A stretch of 64,000 bases of DNA, from positions 52,020,001 to 52,084,000 of the forward strand of contig OZ249436.1 in the NCBI GenBank assembly GCA_965235115.1, in the 5' to 3' direction. A program made the translations under genes and the position numbers. Of the stretch, positions 52,532-64,000 are shown one piece after another. Numbering within the stretch: position 1 is the stretch's first letter; each line of letters starts with the position of its first letter. The notes under the pieces are model-generated. The model had not been told where the DNA came from. It worked only from the letters and a program-made list of their open reading frames with translations, and ran no database searches. The stretch comes from Laetmonice hystrix. Lineage: Eukaryota.

Positions 52532-55500
52532 CAGCCTACCGTTTGCTTGTATACAAGACTAGCCAGTAGTATAGGGACGCCTCATGTTTCATGTTTCTAT
52601 GCCTTTATTGTCCAGGAGGCAGGCCATACGTTTCGTCTATCATCTACTCCCATCTAATCTGTGTCCCTTACAGACCATCTGTAAGCGTCCGACAACGTTG
52701 TGAGGTCGTCCCAATGACTGTTTGCCGTCAAGGTTTAGTTAACAATGGCAAATGACGTTGTACGCCTTTCCTATATCAGATATCCCATCCCCAAGTAACA
52801 AACAAACAAAGAAGGATGACACAGAGATGTTGCAGGCAGAAAACACCAGGGTGCAGTGAAGGGGGGGGGCGGCCGCTGCGACTGCACTGCTACCTTCCGG
52901 CTAGCGGTGAAACCACCACCTGGCCGGGCTGGCAGGCACATGTGGCTCTGAGGCGAGAGACAGGTTAAAGTAATGATAAGCGAGAAAGGGCTACATTTTT
53001 TTATACGTCCAATCGAAACTACGCCCCCCATAATTATGATTCTTAGGCCAGATGTATGACTATCAAACGTATAGGTCTCGTACGTTCGCTACAGATATAT
53101 CTGGTTGTGATGTGTAGGCCAATGTACACTTCCCATTTGAGTATCTTTTCCAGATTTTAACATTAGATGCTCCTCGCCTGTAGCTTTCTTTTTCCACACC
53201 CTCACTGTAGTGTTTGCATGGCTACTACGCCAGTCTGTAAGATGTAGGGACTTCTCACTCTACTGGTTGGCCTTCTACACTGCTTGGCCCCACAGTGTAC
53301 TGTTTGGCCTCACTGTAGTGTTCGCTTGGCTGCTAGGCCGGCCAGTAGGCCTATACCCTGTAGCGATTCCCCCTGTACTGTTTGGCCTCCCTGTACCGTT
53401 TGCTTGTATACAAGAGTAGCCAGTAGTATAGGGACGCCTCATGTTTCATGTTTCTATGCCTTTATTGTCCAGGAGGCAGACCATACGTTTCGTCTATCAT
53501 CTACTCCCATCTAATCTGTGTCCCTTACAGACCATCTGTAAGCGTCCGACAACGTTGTGAGGTCGTCCCAATGACTGTTTGCCGTCAAGGTTTAGTTAAC
53601 AATGGCAAATGACGTTGTACGCCTTTCCTATATCAGATATCCCATCCCCAAGTAACAAACAAACAAAGAGGATGACACAGAGATGTTCCAGGCAGAAAAC
53701 ACCAGGGTGCAGTGAAGGGGGGGCGGCCGCTGCGACTGCACTGCTACCTTCCGGCTAGCGGTGAAACCACCACCTGGCCGGGCTGGCAGGCACCTGTGGC
53801 TCTGAGGCGAGAGACAGGTTAAAGCAATGATAAGCGAAAAAAGGCTACATTTTTGATACGTCCAATCGAAACTACGCCCCCCATAATTATGATTCTTAGG
53901 CCAGATGTATGACTATCAAACGTATAGGTCTCGTACGTTCGCTACAGATATATCTGGTTGTGATGTGTAGGCCAATGTACACTTCCCATTTGAGTATCTT
54001 TTCCAGATTTTAACATTAGATGCTCCTCGCCTGTAGCTTTCTTTTTCCACAACCTCACTGTAGTGTTTGCATGGCTACTACGCCAGTCTGTAAGATGTAG
54101 GGACTTCTCACTCTACTGGTTGGCCTCCTACACTGGTTGGCCCCACAGTGTACTGCTGGCCTCACTGTAGTGTTCGCTTGGCTGCTAGGCCGGCCAGTAT
54201 ACCCTGTAGCGATTCCCCCTGTACTGTTTGGCCTCCCTGTACCGTTTGCTTGTATACAAGACTAGCCAGTAGTATAGGGACGCCTCTTGTTTCATGTTTC
54301 CATGCCTTTATTGTCCAGCAGGCAGGCCATACGTTTCGTCTATATCATCTACTCCAATCTAATCTGTGTCCCCTACAGACCATCTCTAAGCGTCCGACAA
54401 CGTTGTCAGGTCGTCCCAATGACTGTTTGCCGTAAAGGTTTAGTTAACAATAGCAAATGACGTTTTACGCCTTTTCTATATCAGATATCCCATCCCCAAG
54501 TAACAAACAAACAAAGAAACATGACACAGAGATGTTGCAGGCAGAAAAACCAGGGTGCAGTGAAGGGGCGGCGGCCGCTGCGACTGCACTGCTACCTTCC
54601 GGCTAGCGGTGGAACCACCACCTGGCCGGGCTGGCAGGCACCTGTGGCTCTGAGGCGAGAGACAGGTTAAAGTAATGATAAGCGAGAAAGGGCTACATTT
54701 TTTTTATACGTCCAATCGAAACTACGCCCCCCCATAATTATGATTCTTAGGCCAGATGTATGACTATCAAACGTATAGGTCTCGTACGTTCGCTACAGAT
54801 ATATCTGGTTGTGATGTGTAGGCCAATGTACACTTCCCATTTGAGTATCTTTTCCAGATTTTAACATTAGATGCTCCTCGCCTGTAGCTTTCTTTTTCCA
54901 CACCCTCACTGTAGTGTTTGCATGGCTACTACGCCAGTCTGTAAGATGTAGGGACTTCTCACTCTACTGGTTGGCCTTCTACACTGCTTGGCCCCACAGT
55001 GTACTGTTTGGCCTCCCTGTAGTGTTCGCTTGGCTGCTAGGCCGGCCAGTAGGCCTATACCCTGTAGCGATTCCCCCTGTACTGTTTGGCCTCCCTGTAC
55101 CGTTTGCTTGTATACAAGAGTAGCCAGTAGTATAGGGACGCCTCATGTTTCATGTTTCTATGCCTTTATTGTCCAGGAGGCAGGCCATACGTTTCGTCTA
55201 TCATCTACTCCCATCTAATCTGTGTCCCTTACAGACCATCTGTAAGCGTCCGACAACGTTGTGAGGTCGTCCCAATGACTGTTTGCCGTCAAGGTTTAGT
55301 TAACAATGGCAAATGACGTTGTACGCCTTTCCTATATCAGATATCCCATCCCCAAGTAACAAACAAACAAAGAAGGATGACACAGAGATGTTGCAGGCAG
55401 AAAACACCAGGGTGCAGTGAAGGGGGGGCGGCCGCTGCGACTGCACTGCTACCTTCCGGCTAGCGGTGAAACCACCACCTGGCCGGGCTGGCAGGCACCT

Positions 55501-58122
55501 GTGGCTCTGAGGCGAGAGACAGGTTAAAGCAATGATAAGCGAAAAAAGGCTACATTTTTGATACGTCCAATCGAAACTACGCCCCCCATAATTATGATTC
55601 TTAGGCCAGATGTATGACTATCAAACGTATAGGTCTCGTACGTTCGCTACAGATATATCTGGTTGTGATGTGTAGGCCAATGTACACTTCCCATTTGAGT
55701 ATCTTTTCCAGATTTTAACATTAGATGCTCCTCGCCTGTAGCTTTCTTTTTCCACAACCTCACTGTAGTGTTTGCATGGCTACTACGCCAGTCTGTAAGA
55801 TGTAGGGACTTCTCACTCTACTGGTTGGCCTCCTACACTGCTTGGCTCCACAGTGTACTGCTGGCCTCACTGTAGTGTTCGCTTGGCTGCTAGGCCGTCC
55901 AGTATACCCTGTAGCGATTCCCCCTGTACTGTTTGGCCTCCCTGTACCGTTTGCTTGTATACAAGACTAGCCAGTAGTATAGGGACGCCTCATGTTTCAT
56001 GTTTCCATGCCTTTATTGTCCAGGAGGCAGGCCATACGTTTCGTCTATCATCTACTCCCATCTAATCTGTGTCCCTTACAGACCATCTGTAAGCGTCCGA
56101 CAACGTTGTGAGGTCGTCCCAATGACTGTTTGCCGTCAAGGTTTAGTTAACAATGGCAAATGACGTTGTACGCCTTTTCTATATCAGATATCCCATCCCC
56201 AAGTAACAAACAAACAAGGAAGGATGACACAGAGATGTTCCAGGCAGAAAACACCAGGGTGCAGTGAAGGGGGGGCGGCCGCTGCGACTGCACTGCTACC
56301 TTCCGGCTAGCGGTGAAACCACCACCTGGCCGGGCTGGCAGGCACCTGTGGCTCTGAGGCGAGAGACAGGTTAAAGCAATGATAAGCGAAAAAAGGCTAC
56401 ATTTTTGATACGTCCAATCGAAACTACGCCACCCATAATTATGATTCTTAGGCCAGATGTATGACGATCAAACGTATAGGTCTCGTACGTTCGCTACAGA
56501 TATGTCTGGTTGTGATGTGTAGGCCAATGTACACTTCCCATTTGAGTATCTTTTCCAGATTTTAACATTAGATGCTCCTCGCCTGTAGCTTTCTTTTTCC
56601 ACAACCTCACTGTAGTGTTTGCATGGCTACTACGCCAGTTTGTAAGATGTAGGGACTTCTCACTCTACTGGTTGGCCTCCTACACTGCTTGGCCCCACAG
56701 TGTACTGTTTGGCCTCACTGTAGTGTTCGCTTGGCTGCTAGGCCGGCCAGTATACCCTGTAGCGATTCCTCCCTGTACTGTTTGGCCTCCCTGTACCGTT
56801 TGCTTGTATACAAGAGTAGCCAGTAGTATAGGGACGCCTCATGTTTCATGTTTCCATGCCTTTATTGTCCAGGATGCAGGCCATACGTTTCGTCTATATA
56901 ATCTACTCCAATCTAATCTGTGTCCCCTACAGACCATCTGTAAGCGTCCGACAACGTTGTCAGGTCGTCCCAATGACTGTTTGCCGTAAAGGTTTAGTTA
57001 CCAATGGCAAATGACGTTTTACGCCTTTGCTATATCAGATATCCCATCCCCAAGTAACAAACAAACAAAGAAGGATGACACAGAGATGTTCCAGGCAGAA
57101 AACACCAGGGTGCAGTGAAGGGGCGGCGGCCGCTGCGACTGCACTGCTACCTTCCGGCTAGCGGTGGAACCACCACCTGGCCGGGCTGGCAGGCACCTGT
57201 GGCTCTGAGGCGAGAGACAGGTTAAAGCAATGATAAGCGAAAAAAGGCTACATTTTTGATACGTCCAATCGAAACTACGCCCCCCATAATTATGATTCTT
57301 GGGCCAGATGTATGACTATCAAACGTATAGGTCTCGTACGTTCGGTACAGATATATCTGGTTGTGATGTGTAGGCCAATGTACACTTCCCATTTGAGTAT
57401 CTTTTCCAGATTTTAACATTAGATGCTCCTCGCCTGTAGCTTTCTTTTTCCACAACCTCACTGTAGTGTTTGCATGGCTACTACGCCAGTCTGTAAGATG
57501 TAGGGACTTCTCACTCTACTGGTTGGCCTCCTACACTGCTTGGCCCCACAGTGTACTGTTTGGCCTCACTGTAGTGTTCGCTTGGCTGCTAGGCCGGCCA
57601 GTAGGCCTATACCCTGTAGCGATTCCCCCTGTACTGTTTGGCCTCCCTGTACCGTTTGCTTGTATACAAGAGTAGCTAGTAGTATAGGGACGCCTCATGT
57701 TTCATGTTTCTATGCCTTTATTGTCCAGGAGGCAGGCCATACGTTTCGTCTATCATCTACTCCCATCAAATGACGTTGTACGCCTTTTCTATATCAGATA
57801 TCCCATCCGCAAGTCTAGCATGTTAAGAGAGGCGATAACAATGGTGCTATCATGCACCCGGGACGACTTATAAGCCTTAAAAATATCTAGAAGCTGCAAA
57901 TTATGTCATTGTGACAAATGAAAAAGCATAGTCTATATAACTTCCTATTAGTGTTTAATAGTAACTCTGGATCTAACCTCAACCATTAACAAAAATATCC
58001 CTGAGCAGGGGCGCCGCTGCCTATTTCAAAGTGGGGGGGGGGGACAATCTTGATGTGATTGACCTTTTCCCCCCAGATTTATGTACCATACGAATTGCAA
58101 AATAACAGTATATTCACCCTCC

Positions 58123-58260
58123 CGGGGGCGGATCCAGGATTTTTTTTGCAGGGGGCGGGGGGTCAGAAGGTGCCCGCGCCGAGAGGGGGGGCTCCGACTG
58201 AAAATGTTTGGGAATATAAAAGGCCATAGATGGTATTTCCCGGCTTCTCAGCATCAAACT
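58123..58260 (+). mobile_element. Orphan left end of a related GGCGGATCCA-type MITE
   Basis: CGGGGGCGGATCCAGGATTTTTTTT followed by G runs resembles the start of the 58777 element. I found no matching right TIR or TSD, so the right boundary is approximate. Confidence 0.45.
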
Positions 58261-58776
58261 AAAGAGCTTTCGGTGCCGACCTTTTGCTCAAAATTAATGT
58301 ATTAATAAGTGAGGGATTCAGGGGGCTTGCCTCCCTTAGCTCTTCCTTTTTTGTATGAAGATGTATTACTATTAGTACAGTTACAATGAAATCATGCCGA
58401 GCGTAGCGAGGCTAAAAAAAATTTCTAGGTGGACCCCACCTGGCCGTTGACATCACAAGAAACGGTATCAAGCAATATGTATCAGAAGCAAAAACAGTTG
58501 ACGATTAAGCCTACAACACACTTTTACCAAATAAAATAGAGACCGTCCCCATCCTACTTAATTGCCACTCTCTATTCTACACTAGGCCTAGTAAAAAATT
58601 GGTAAACCTCACTCATTAATAATAAATGAATACATTCACGCATGATGTCTTTTTCTTCAAAATCAAATAGGAAGGCCCAACATGGGGGTGAAAAATGTTG
58701 ACGGCCGCAGGCCTAACGCTGTCAGACAATAATTAACTGAATATTCAGGTCTATGTGAGCTAAACAAGAGACGGTA

Positions 58777-59103
58777 CAGGGGCGGATCCAGCTTTTTCAA
58801 GTAGGGGGGGGGGGGTCCAACGTTTTTAGAGGCGCAACCGGAGTGACTGTACGAGCACCGAAGGCACAAAGCCTTGCTAAGGGGTCGGGGGGATGCCCCC
58901 CCCCGGGAAATTTTCAAATTCAAGATGTAATTTAGTGAAATCTGATGCATTTTGGAGCACAAAATAAGCTATTTAAAGACCAATAATGTCAAAAGTCTTA
59001 TGTAGCCCTACAATGCCGTGAGGCGCCATTAACGGCAGGAGGGGCGCCATGAAACTTTAGGGGTCCAGACCCTATGTGACCCCCTCCCATGGATCCGCCA
59101 GTG
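58777..59103. mobile_element. Nested MITE (327 bp)
   Basis: TIRs CAGGGGCGGATCCA / TGGATCCGCCAGTG (12/14). Flanks CGGTA / TGGTA fit a 5-bp TSD with one mismatch. Confidence 0.75.
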
Positions 59104-62100
59104 TGGTAAGACTGAGGTACACAGGGAAGCTGCAGGGGGCTTAAGCTGCGGTTAGGCCCATATTAATTATAGAAGAGCAAAGCATAGACCTATCTCCTAA
59201 AAACATAGGCCTAGGCCTATATAGGCGAAAGCCAAGATTAAAAATGATCAAAATCTATCTTAAATTTGCCTCCCAGGGGCCATTGACCTTAAAAAGCAGG
59301 CATATACAGTAGGGATCTCGAGTATAAGAAGACCTGTAGATCTATTAGGCCTAGCTTCGACTTCACGGAGCCTTTGACCTTTTTAGGTCGCCAGCAAAAG
59401 TGGGGGGGGGGACATGTCCCCCCCGCCCCCCCCCCCCCCCCCCCGGCAGCGGCGCCCCTGCTGAGACTAGGCCTATATATGGATGACATCGTTATGACGT
59501 CTATGTCACGTGACCTAAAAAATAATGGTCCCAAATGACAGAGTATATGACTTCCTATTAGGGTCTAATAGTAACAATGGCTCTAACGTCAACCAATTAG
59601 AAGTTCTATCCCTGAAAAATATGGATGACATCGTTATGACGTCACAGGTCACGTGACCTGAAAAATAATGACGCCAAATGAAAAAGCATTAGAGGACTTC
59701 CTATTCGTCTTCAATAGTAAATATGGCCCTATCCGGCACTGTTTAGAAGTTGTAGCCATAGATAGCTAAACTGACCACTGTTGAAAACTTCAAGGTCACG
59801 TGATTCAGCAAATATAGCTCAAATCGCTTATCCCTGGATGATTCTATTGTTATTGTTGACTTGTTAGAAAGTGTTCCCGCCTAATATTGTCAAATTTTAC
59901 CAAAAAATGAAGGAGAAACAATTTAACCAATTTGTAAGGTGAGGCCCAGTTCTCCCAAAGGTCAAAGGTCAAATGAAGGCTCAGTTTTAAGCATGACCCA
60001 TGCCTGATTATAGCACCATGATGGGTTTTGGAAATTCTCAATATGAGCTTAAAAATGGCCTCAATGTACAAATCACGTTTGACGTCATGACGTTCAAGAT
60101 GCCTACCAAGTTTGGTTGAGATATCTTGAAAACTGACTGAGATAGACGTACTGTTTACTACTACAACGCAAAGACCATACAATTTCAAGATCCCATAACC
60201 TCATTTTGCTTGAAAGATCGTACACAGGCCCGTGGCTGGCTATGTTTGTGTCGAATTTCCACCCGAAAAATTCCCATTCAATTGCTGGGGAAATCTATCA
60301 GAATCACTACGAGCATTTATCGGGGAATAGAACCCCCCCCCACCCCCCCCAAAAAAAAAAAAAAAGAAAAAAAAAAACAAACACCCACACCCACACCCCA
60401 ACCAGTGAGCCGGGGATTATTTAGTTTCGGCCTATTGAAGGGAAATATTGGGTCATTCAATTCATTCATTGAAATAATATGTGGATGGCCTCAATGTTTC
60501 CAGCGACCTGGATAGGAATTCTAGCGAGACGAAATTGCAGCAGTTTAAGATCTGCCAGCCCGGGTTCCGTCCCAGTTGGGAGGCGCGGAACTTATCAGGG
60601 TTGAGGCACTCAGTCGGAACCTATACGGCGACATTTTAGTGCCACAAAATATTTGTTAAATTCTCGTATCTCGTATTATGAGGTCCAATGCCTCTCCTTC
60701 AAACGCCTTCAATTTTAAGGAAGACCACTACTGTATTATACTATATTACATTATTAGCGATATCGCCATTGCAAACAGTTACAGGGTGTATCTCACAAAG
60801 GTACATGGATAAAGTGCAAAGTATACTTGTGTTTCCGTGCGGAATAGGGGATTAAAACATTTATTACCAACATAACCCCAGGTTACAGATACTGTGCCTT
60901 TATTACGGAAATAATGGTGACAGTCTTGGCTTATATCCTCCTCGTCATATGACATACGAAGTCGGAATGGTACTTGATGATTTGGTTTAATGACTCCGCA
61001 CATCTGAATAATCAGGCTGTGAACTTATACATCTACAAATGTACATCTTAACTTTCATCCCTGATATAAGATCGACTTAACAAAAACATGATTATAATAG
61101 GGTGTTTAAAAGGGGAATTACGAAGGATCTAATGTTAATTATATAGAGAGAGCCAAACTACTTAAATTTAATATAATAAAAAGGTAACGAGTACTTGTTA
61201 TATATGTCCTCCTTCCATTATATAAAGATCAGAAGAGTATTAGACCAAAGGTAATTGAGCAGTACAACATGTAGTTCTTTTAAACCAGCATTTCTGAGAT
61301 GTCCTTGATTCACATGAATTGTTACATAATAGTTTTGTTTTAAATTGCTGTTACAAAACTGACCAAACCTATCAGACACATCTACAGTATTGTTTGCATC
61401 TTTGTATTCCTGGCTTCCTTTTTTAAACACCTAGTAATACAGCCCTTGTCACTAGTTGGATAACATAACCGTTATTCCTAATGGCGGATTACTACCGTTT
61501 AAGTCATCTTGCAATGCATATCACTCCATGTTCACACAGTAAAAAGTAATAAAAATATAACAAAGTTCTGTTTGATTACAATGGATATTTTGTAAAGCTA
61601 GGACCATTCAAAAGGGTTCTTACATTGCCATAATTTAACAATTTCAGAGTACCTTTAAATTTGAACAAATAAAAGTCATTTGTACTCAGAACTGACAAAG
61701 TGATTCTATCATGTAAGTTTTTGTCACACTTGTTTAACAGAACACTCCGCGACATTACTATTGATACTAGAAACCCAAATGTACTGTCTTGACGCCACAC
61801 CTTATGTTTACCATATTCGGACAAGCCTTGCATTGAATGGGCATTGATACTTTATGACGAGGTAATAATCAATCATGGAATGAGCTACTGAGTTTCAATT
61901 TCCGTCTTTATTGTAGACCTTTTAGATCTGCTGGTAGATCGTCCAGATCTAAAGACCCTTGATCTGAATACTAGGGATATCATTTCACTGCCATTCCACT
62001 CACTCCCAGTCAATTGTAGATGTCACCTTGCCCGCACATGTTCGGAAAAAACAACAACATGGGAACATTGTCCTGACATCATTTTTGCAGAGTGTTATAC

Positions 62101-63651
62101 AAACATCCCATTACCACACCAAACCCTACGGTTGAACAATTTCTTACATTACGGATATCACGCTATTGCCATAATGGGAGTTGCACAGAGTGCTTGTTGA
62201 AAACACTCACATCATTAAACCGAAATAACGGTCAAATGTTATTACATCTTTATAAGTCTACACACGAGTCCTGCACACTTTCAATGAAAAATCAAAATGA
62301 AACAAAACAAAAATTCTCAAAACATTTTATGATCAAGTATGACAGAAAGTTTTAACTGACATTGACACGTGGTCATATTGCTCTGTGGCAGCTGCACCCA
62401 AACACAAAACAAAAATGTGTTATCATTACTTATAGTGGTACTGATAGCACTATCAACGCTTCTGTGCGGCCGGCACTGGGCACCAGATGATGCAAAGGTG
62501 CATACCTATGATAGTACTACGATACTGGCTCACAGCCAGGAGAGCAAAAAAATGCAGATTTAAATAATAGTGATACAACATTACCAAGACTATGGACACT
62601 ACACTTCAACATTAATCATGTATATACCGACTCATGATATCACTATCTGCAATAAAAATGTCAAATACATCAGAGTTCACATGAAATCATGACGAGGATA
62701 AGAATCACACACACCGGAACAATGCCCTACTCTTTTCAGTAAGTAGCAAGGGATCTTTAACAGGCAACACACTGCATAGATAGAGGGTAACACACTTGGC
62801 CGTCAATAGCCCAGTCTGGAAAACACAGCAAGGACAGGCAGACACTCGGGATCAACTTCTGCCTCAGCCCTAATTTAATTCCGATTTCGGATAGGAATGA
62901 TGGAACCTGTTTTCTGAAATTGGTGTGAACTGCAAGCACATGTGGATTTCGTTCTTTATCCCCAAGATTGCTGGGCAACGCACGGCAAATTGCCTAAATA
63001 AACAAGACCCTTAATATTTGGCTAAAATAAAATTAGAATCTCAGTCATTTTGATTCCCCCCTCCCCCCGAAAAAGAAGTTGCTCTCATATACGTTATTTT
63101 GTAACCCAGTGAGGTGAGTTATTACCACTGCAAAGTCAACCCCTTTTCTTGTCAATTTCCTAGTAAAAGGCCGTCTGAGTCTGAAATAGATCACAGTACA
63201 CATAAGAAAATTGAAGAAGGCTTCTCAACAAGTGCTAGACCAAATTGCCTGGTTTTACAGCTGTTGGATGCGCATGAAGGACTAACTCTGGTTAATGCCA
63301 ATGGTGAACCTCTGTGACGTCATGTTATGTCACGCGCTACCGTTAATGGCAGCCTTCTGATGACTTACAAACACTGATACAGAAACGGTCCCAAACTTGT
63401 CATAAATGATCACAGACGCCTGAAACTTTTTATACTGGCTCGCCAAAGTCCCAAGCGAAATCCCACGATTGGGGCTATAGCGGGTTTGAAGTGTCTCACT
63501 CAAAAGTCCTTCTACAGTTCTAGGTGACATTCTCAACCCGTACTATAGACCAGTAGGTGCCAGTTTGTGAGAAAATGACTATGTACAGTTAAAAGGTTAG
63601 AGATGGTAGCCAACTGAAGTATGTACCAGCCCTTACTCAGTGGTAATGCAT

Positions 63652-63788
63652 CTAAAGGGATTCTCACACGCTACGATTTCTGCTACGATATCGTACGATA
63701 ACCTACGATATGCCTAAAATCGATATCAGATCATAGACGTGATGGATTGTAGTGTAGCCGAAATCTTAGCGTGTGAGAGCCCCTTTAG
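63652..63788. mobile_element. Small MITE-like inverted-repeat element
   Basis: CTAAAGGGATTCTCACACGCTACGATTTCTGCTAC pairs with GTAGCCGAAATCTTAGCGTGTGAGAGCCCCTTTAG (~31/35), with TA-containing ends. Confidence 0.8.
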
Positions 63789-64000
63789 CCCGAACTTTCT
63801 ACAACTCATTTAGTTCTAATCATGTCATCAATCCTTGCTCAACAATTCGGATTTTCTAAATATTGATGGACTTTTTCCTCACCTAGATGTAAAGGTAGAG
63901 CTCTATTAGCCATCTCTTTGAACTCAGAGATGCGTTTACATGATCTGCAAGATCTGGAAATCTAAACAATAACACATAGAACCTTAATCTAAACAATAAC

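Larger units (their letters stand above)
1..57814. repeat. Tandem satellite array of about 66 monomers of ~850-856 bp with higher-order structure; continues past the left edge
   Basis: The same sequence recurs head-to-tail. The marker GTGTTTGCAYGGCTACTA lies at 221, 1077, 2217, 3067, 3923, 4773 ... 56615, 57466. Similarity ends at ...TCCCATCCGCAAGT (57814). Confidence 0.99.
58006..59460. mobile_element. Non-autonomous DNA transposon (1455 bp including nested inserts) with a 5-bp TSD
   Basis: Perfect 16-bp TIRs CAGGGGCGCCGCTGCC (58006-58021) / GGCAGCGGCGCCCCTG (59445-59460). TSD CTGAG at 58001-58005 and 59461-59465. Subterminal G/C runs; no transposase ORF. Confidence 0.9.
57900..59760. repeat. 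Older repeat with three diverged ~145-bp sub-units, interrupted by the 58006-59460 transposon
   Basis: CTTCCTATT..AATAGTAA at 57941, 59551 and 59697. ATGGATGACATCGTTATGACGTC..GTCACGTGACCT at ~59479 and ~59621. Spacing is ~145-150 bp once the insert is removed. Confidence 0.7.

Noticed and set aside
1..57814. CRISPR array or CENP-B boxes
   Set aside because: There are no unique spacers or cas genes, and no TTCG-N4-A-N2-CGGG match was seen in the monomer.
61921..61953. 10-bp inverted repeat TTTAGATCTG/CAGATCTAAA
   Set aside because: It is an isolated short stem with no TSD or supporting context.
60200..63540. Short ORFs and possible exons in the unique flank (for example 62757-62978 minus, 63114-63317 plus)
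   Set aside because: I recognise no protein similarity and cannot build a consistent exon chain. Exons cannot be excluded without BLASTX or RNA-seq.

Overview
This is eukaryotic, probably invertebrate-animal, non-coding DNA; I can support no protein-coding gene. Positions 1 to ~57,814 are a head-to-tail satellite array of about 66 monomers of ~850-856 bp (last one partial, array open at the left edge). Monomers differ by only a few percent and are grouped into local higher-order repeats (HORs) of 3, 8, 7, 5 and 2 monomers. A young tRNA-derived SINE inserted once on the minus strand and was amplified to five copies with the array. A second, independent plus-strand insertion of the same SINE and one MITE also lie in the array. 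Each monomer has a ~115-bp GC-rich three-hairpin cassette, four perfect 10-12 bp palindromes, a variable poly-C tract and old internal sub-repeats. The ~6 kb after the array is AT-richer unique-looking DNA with nested non-autonomous DNA transposons (5-bp TSDs), a small MITE and a cluster of TAGGCCTA palindromes. The best candidates for something new are the hairpin cassette (possible arrayed structured RNA), SINE-driven Pol III read-through into it, and a TA-to-TAGGCCTA insertion seen arising in the array. All three are hypotheses.
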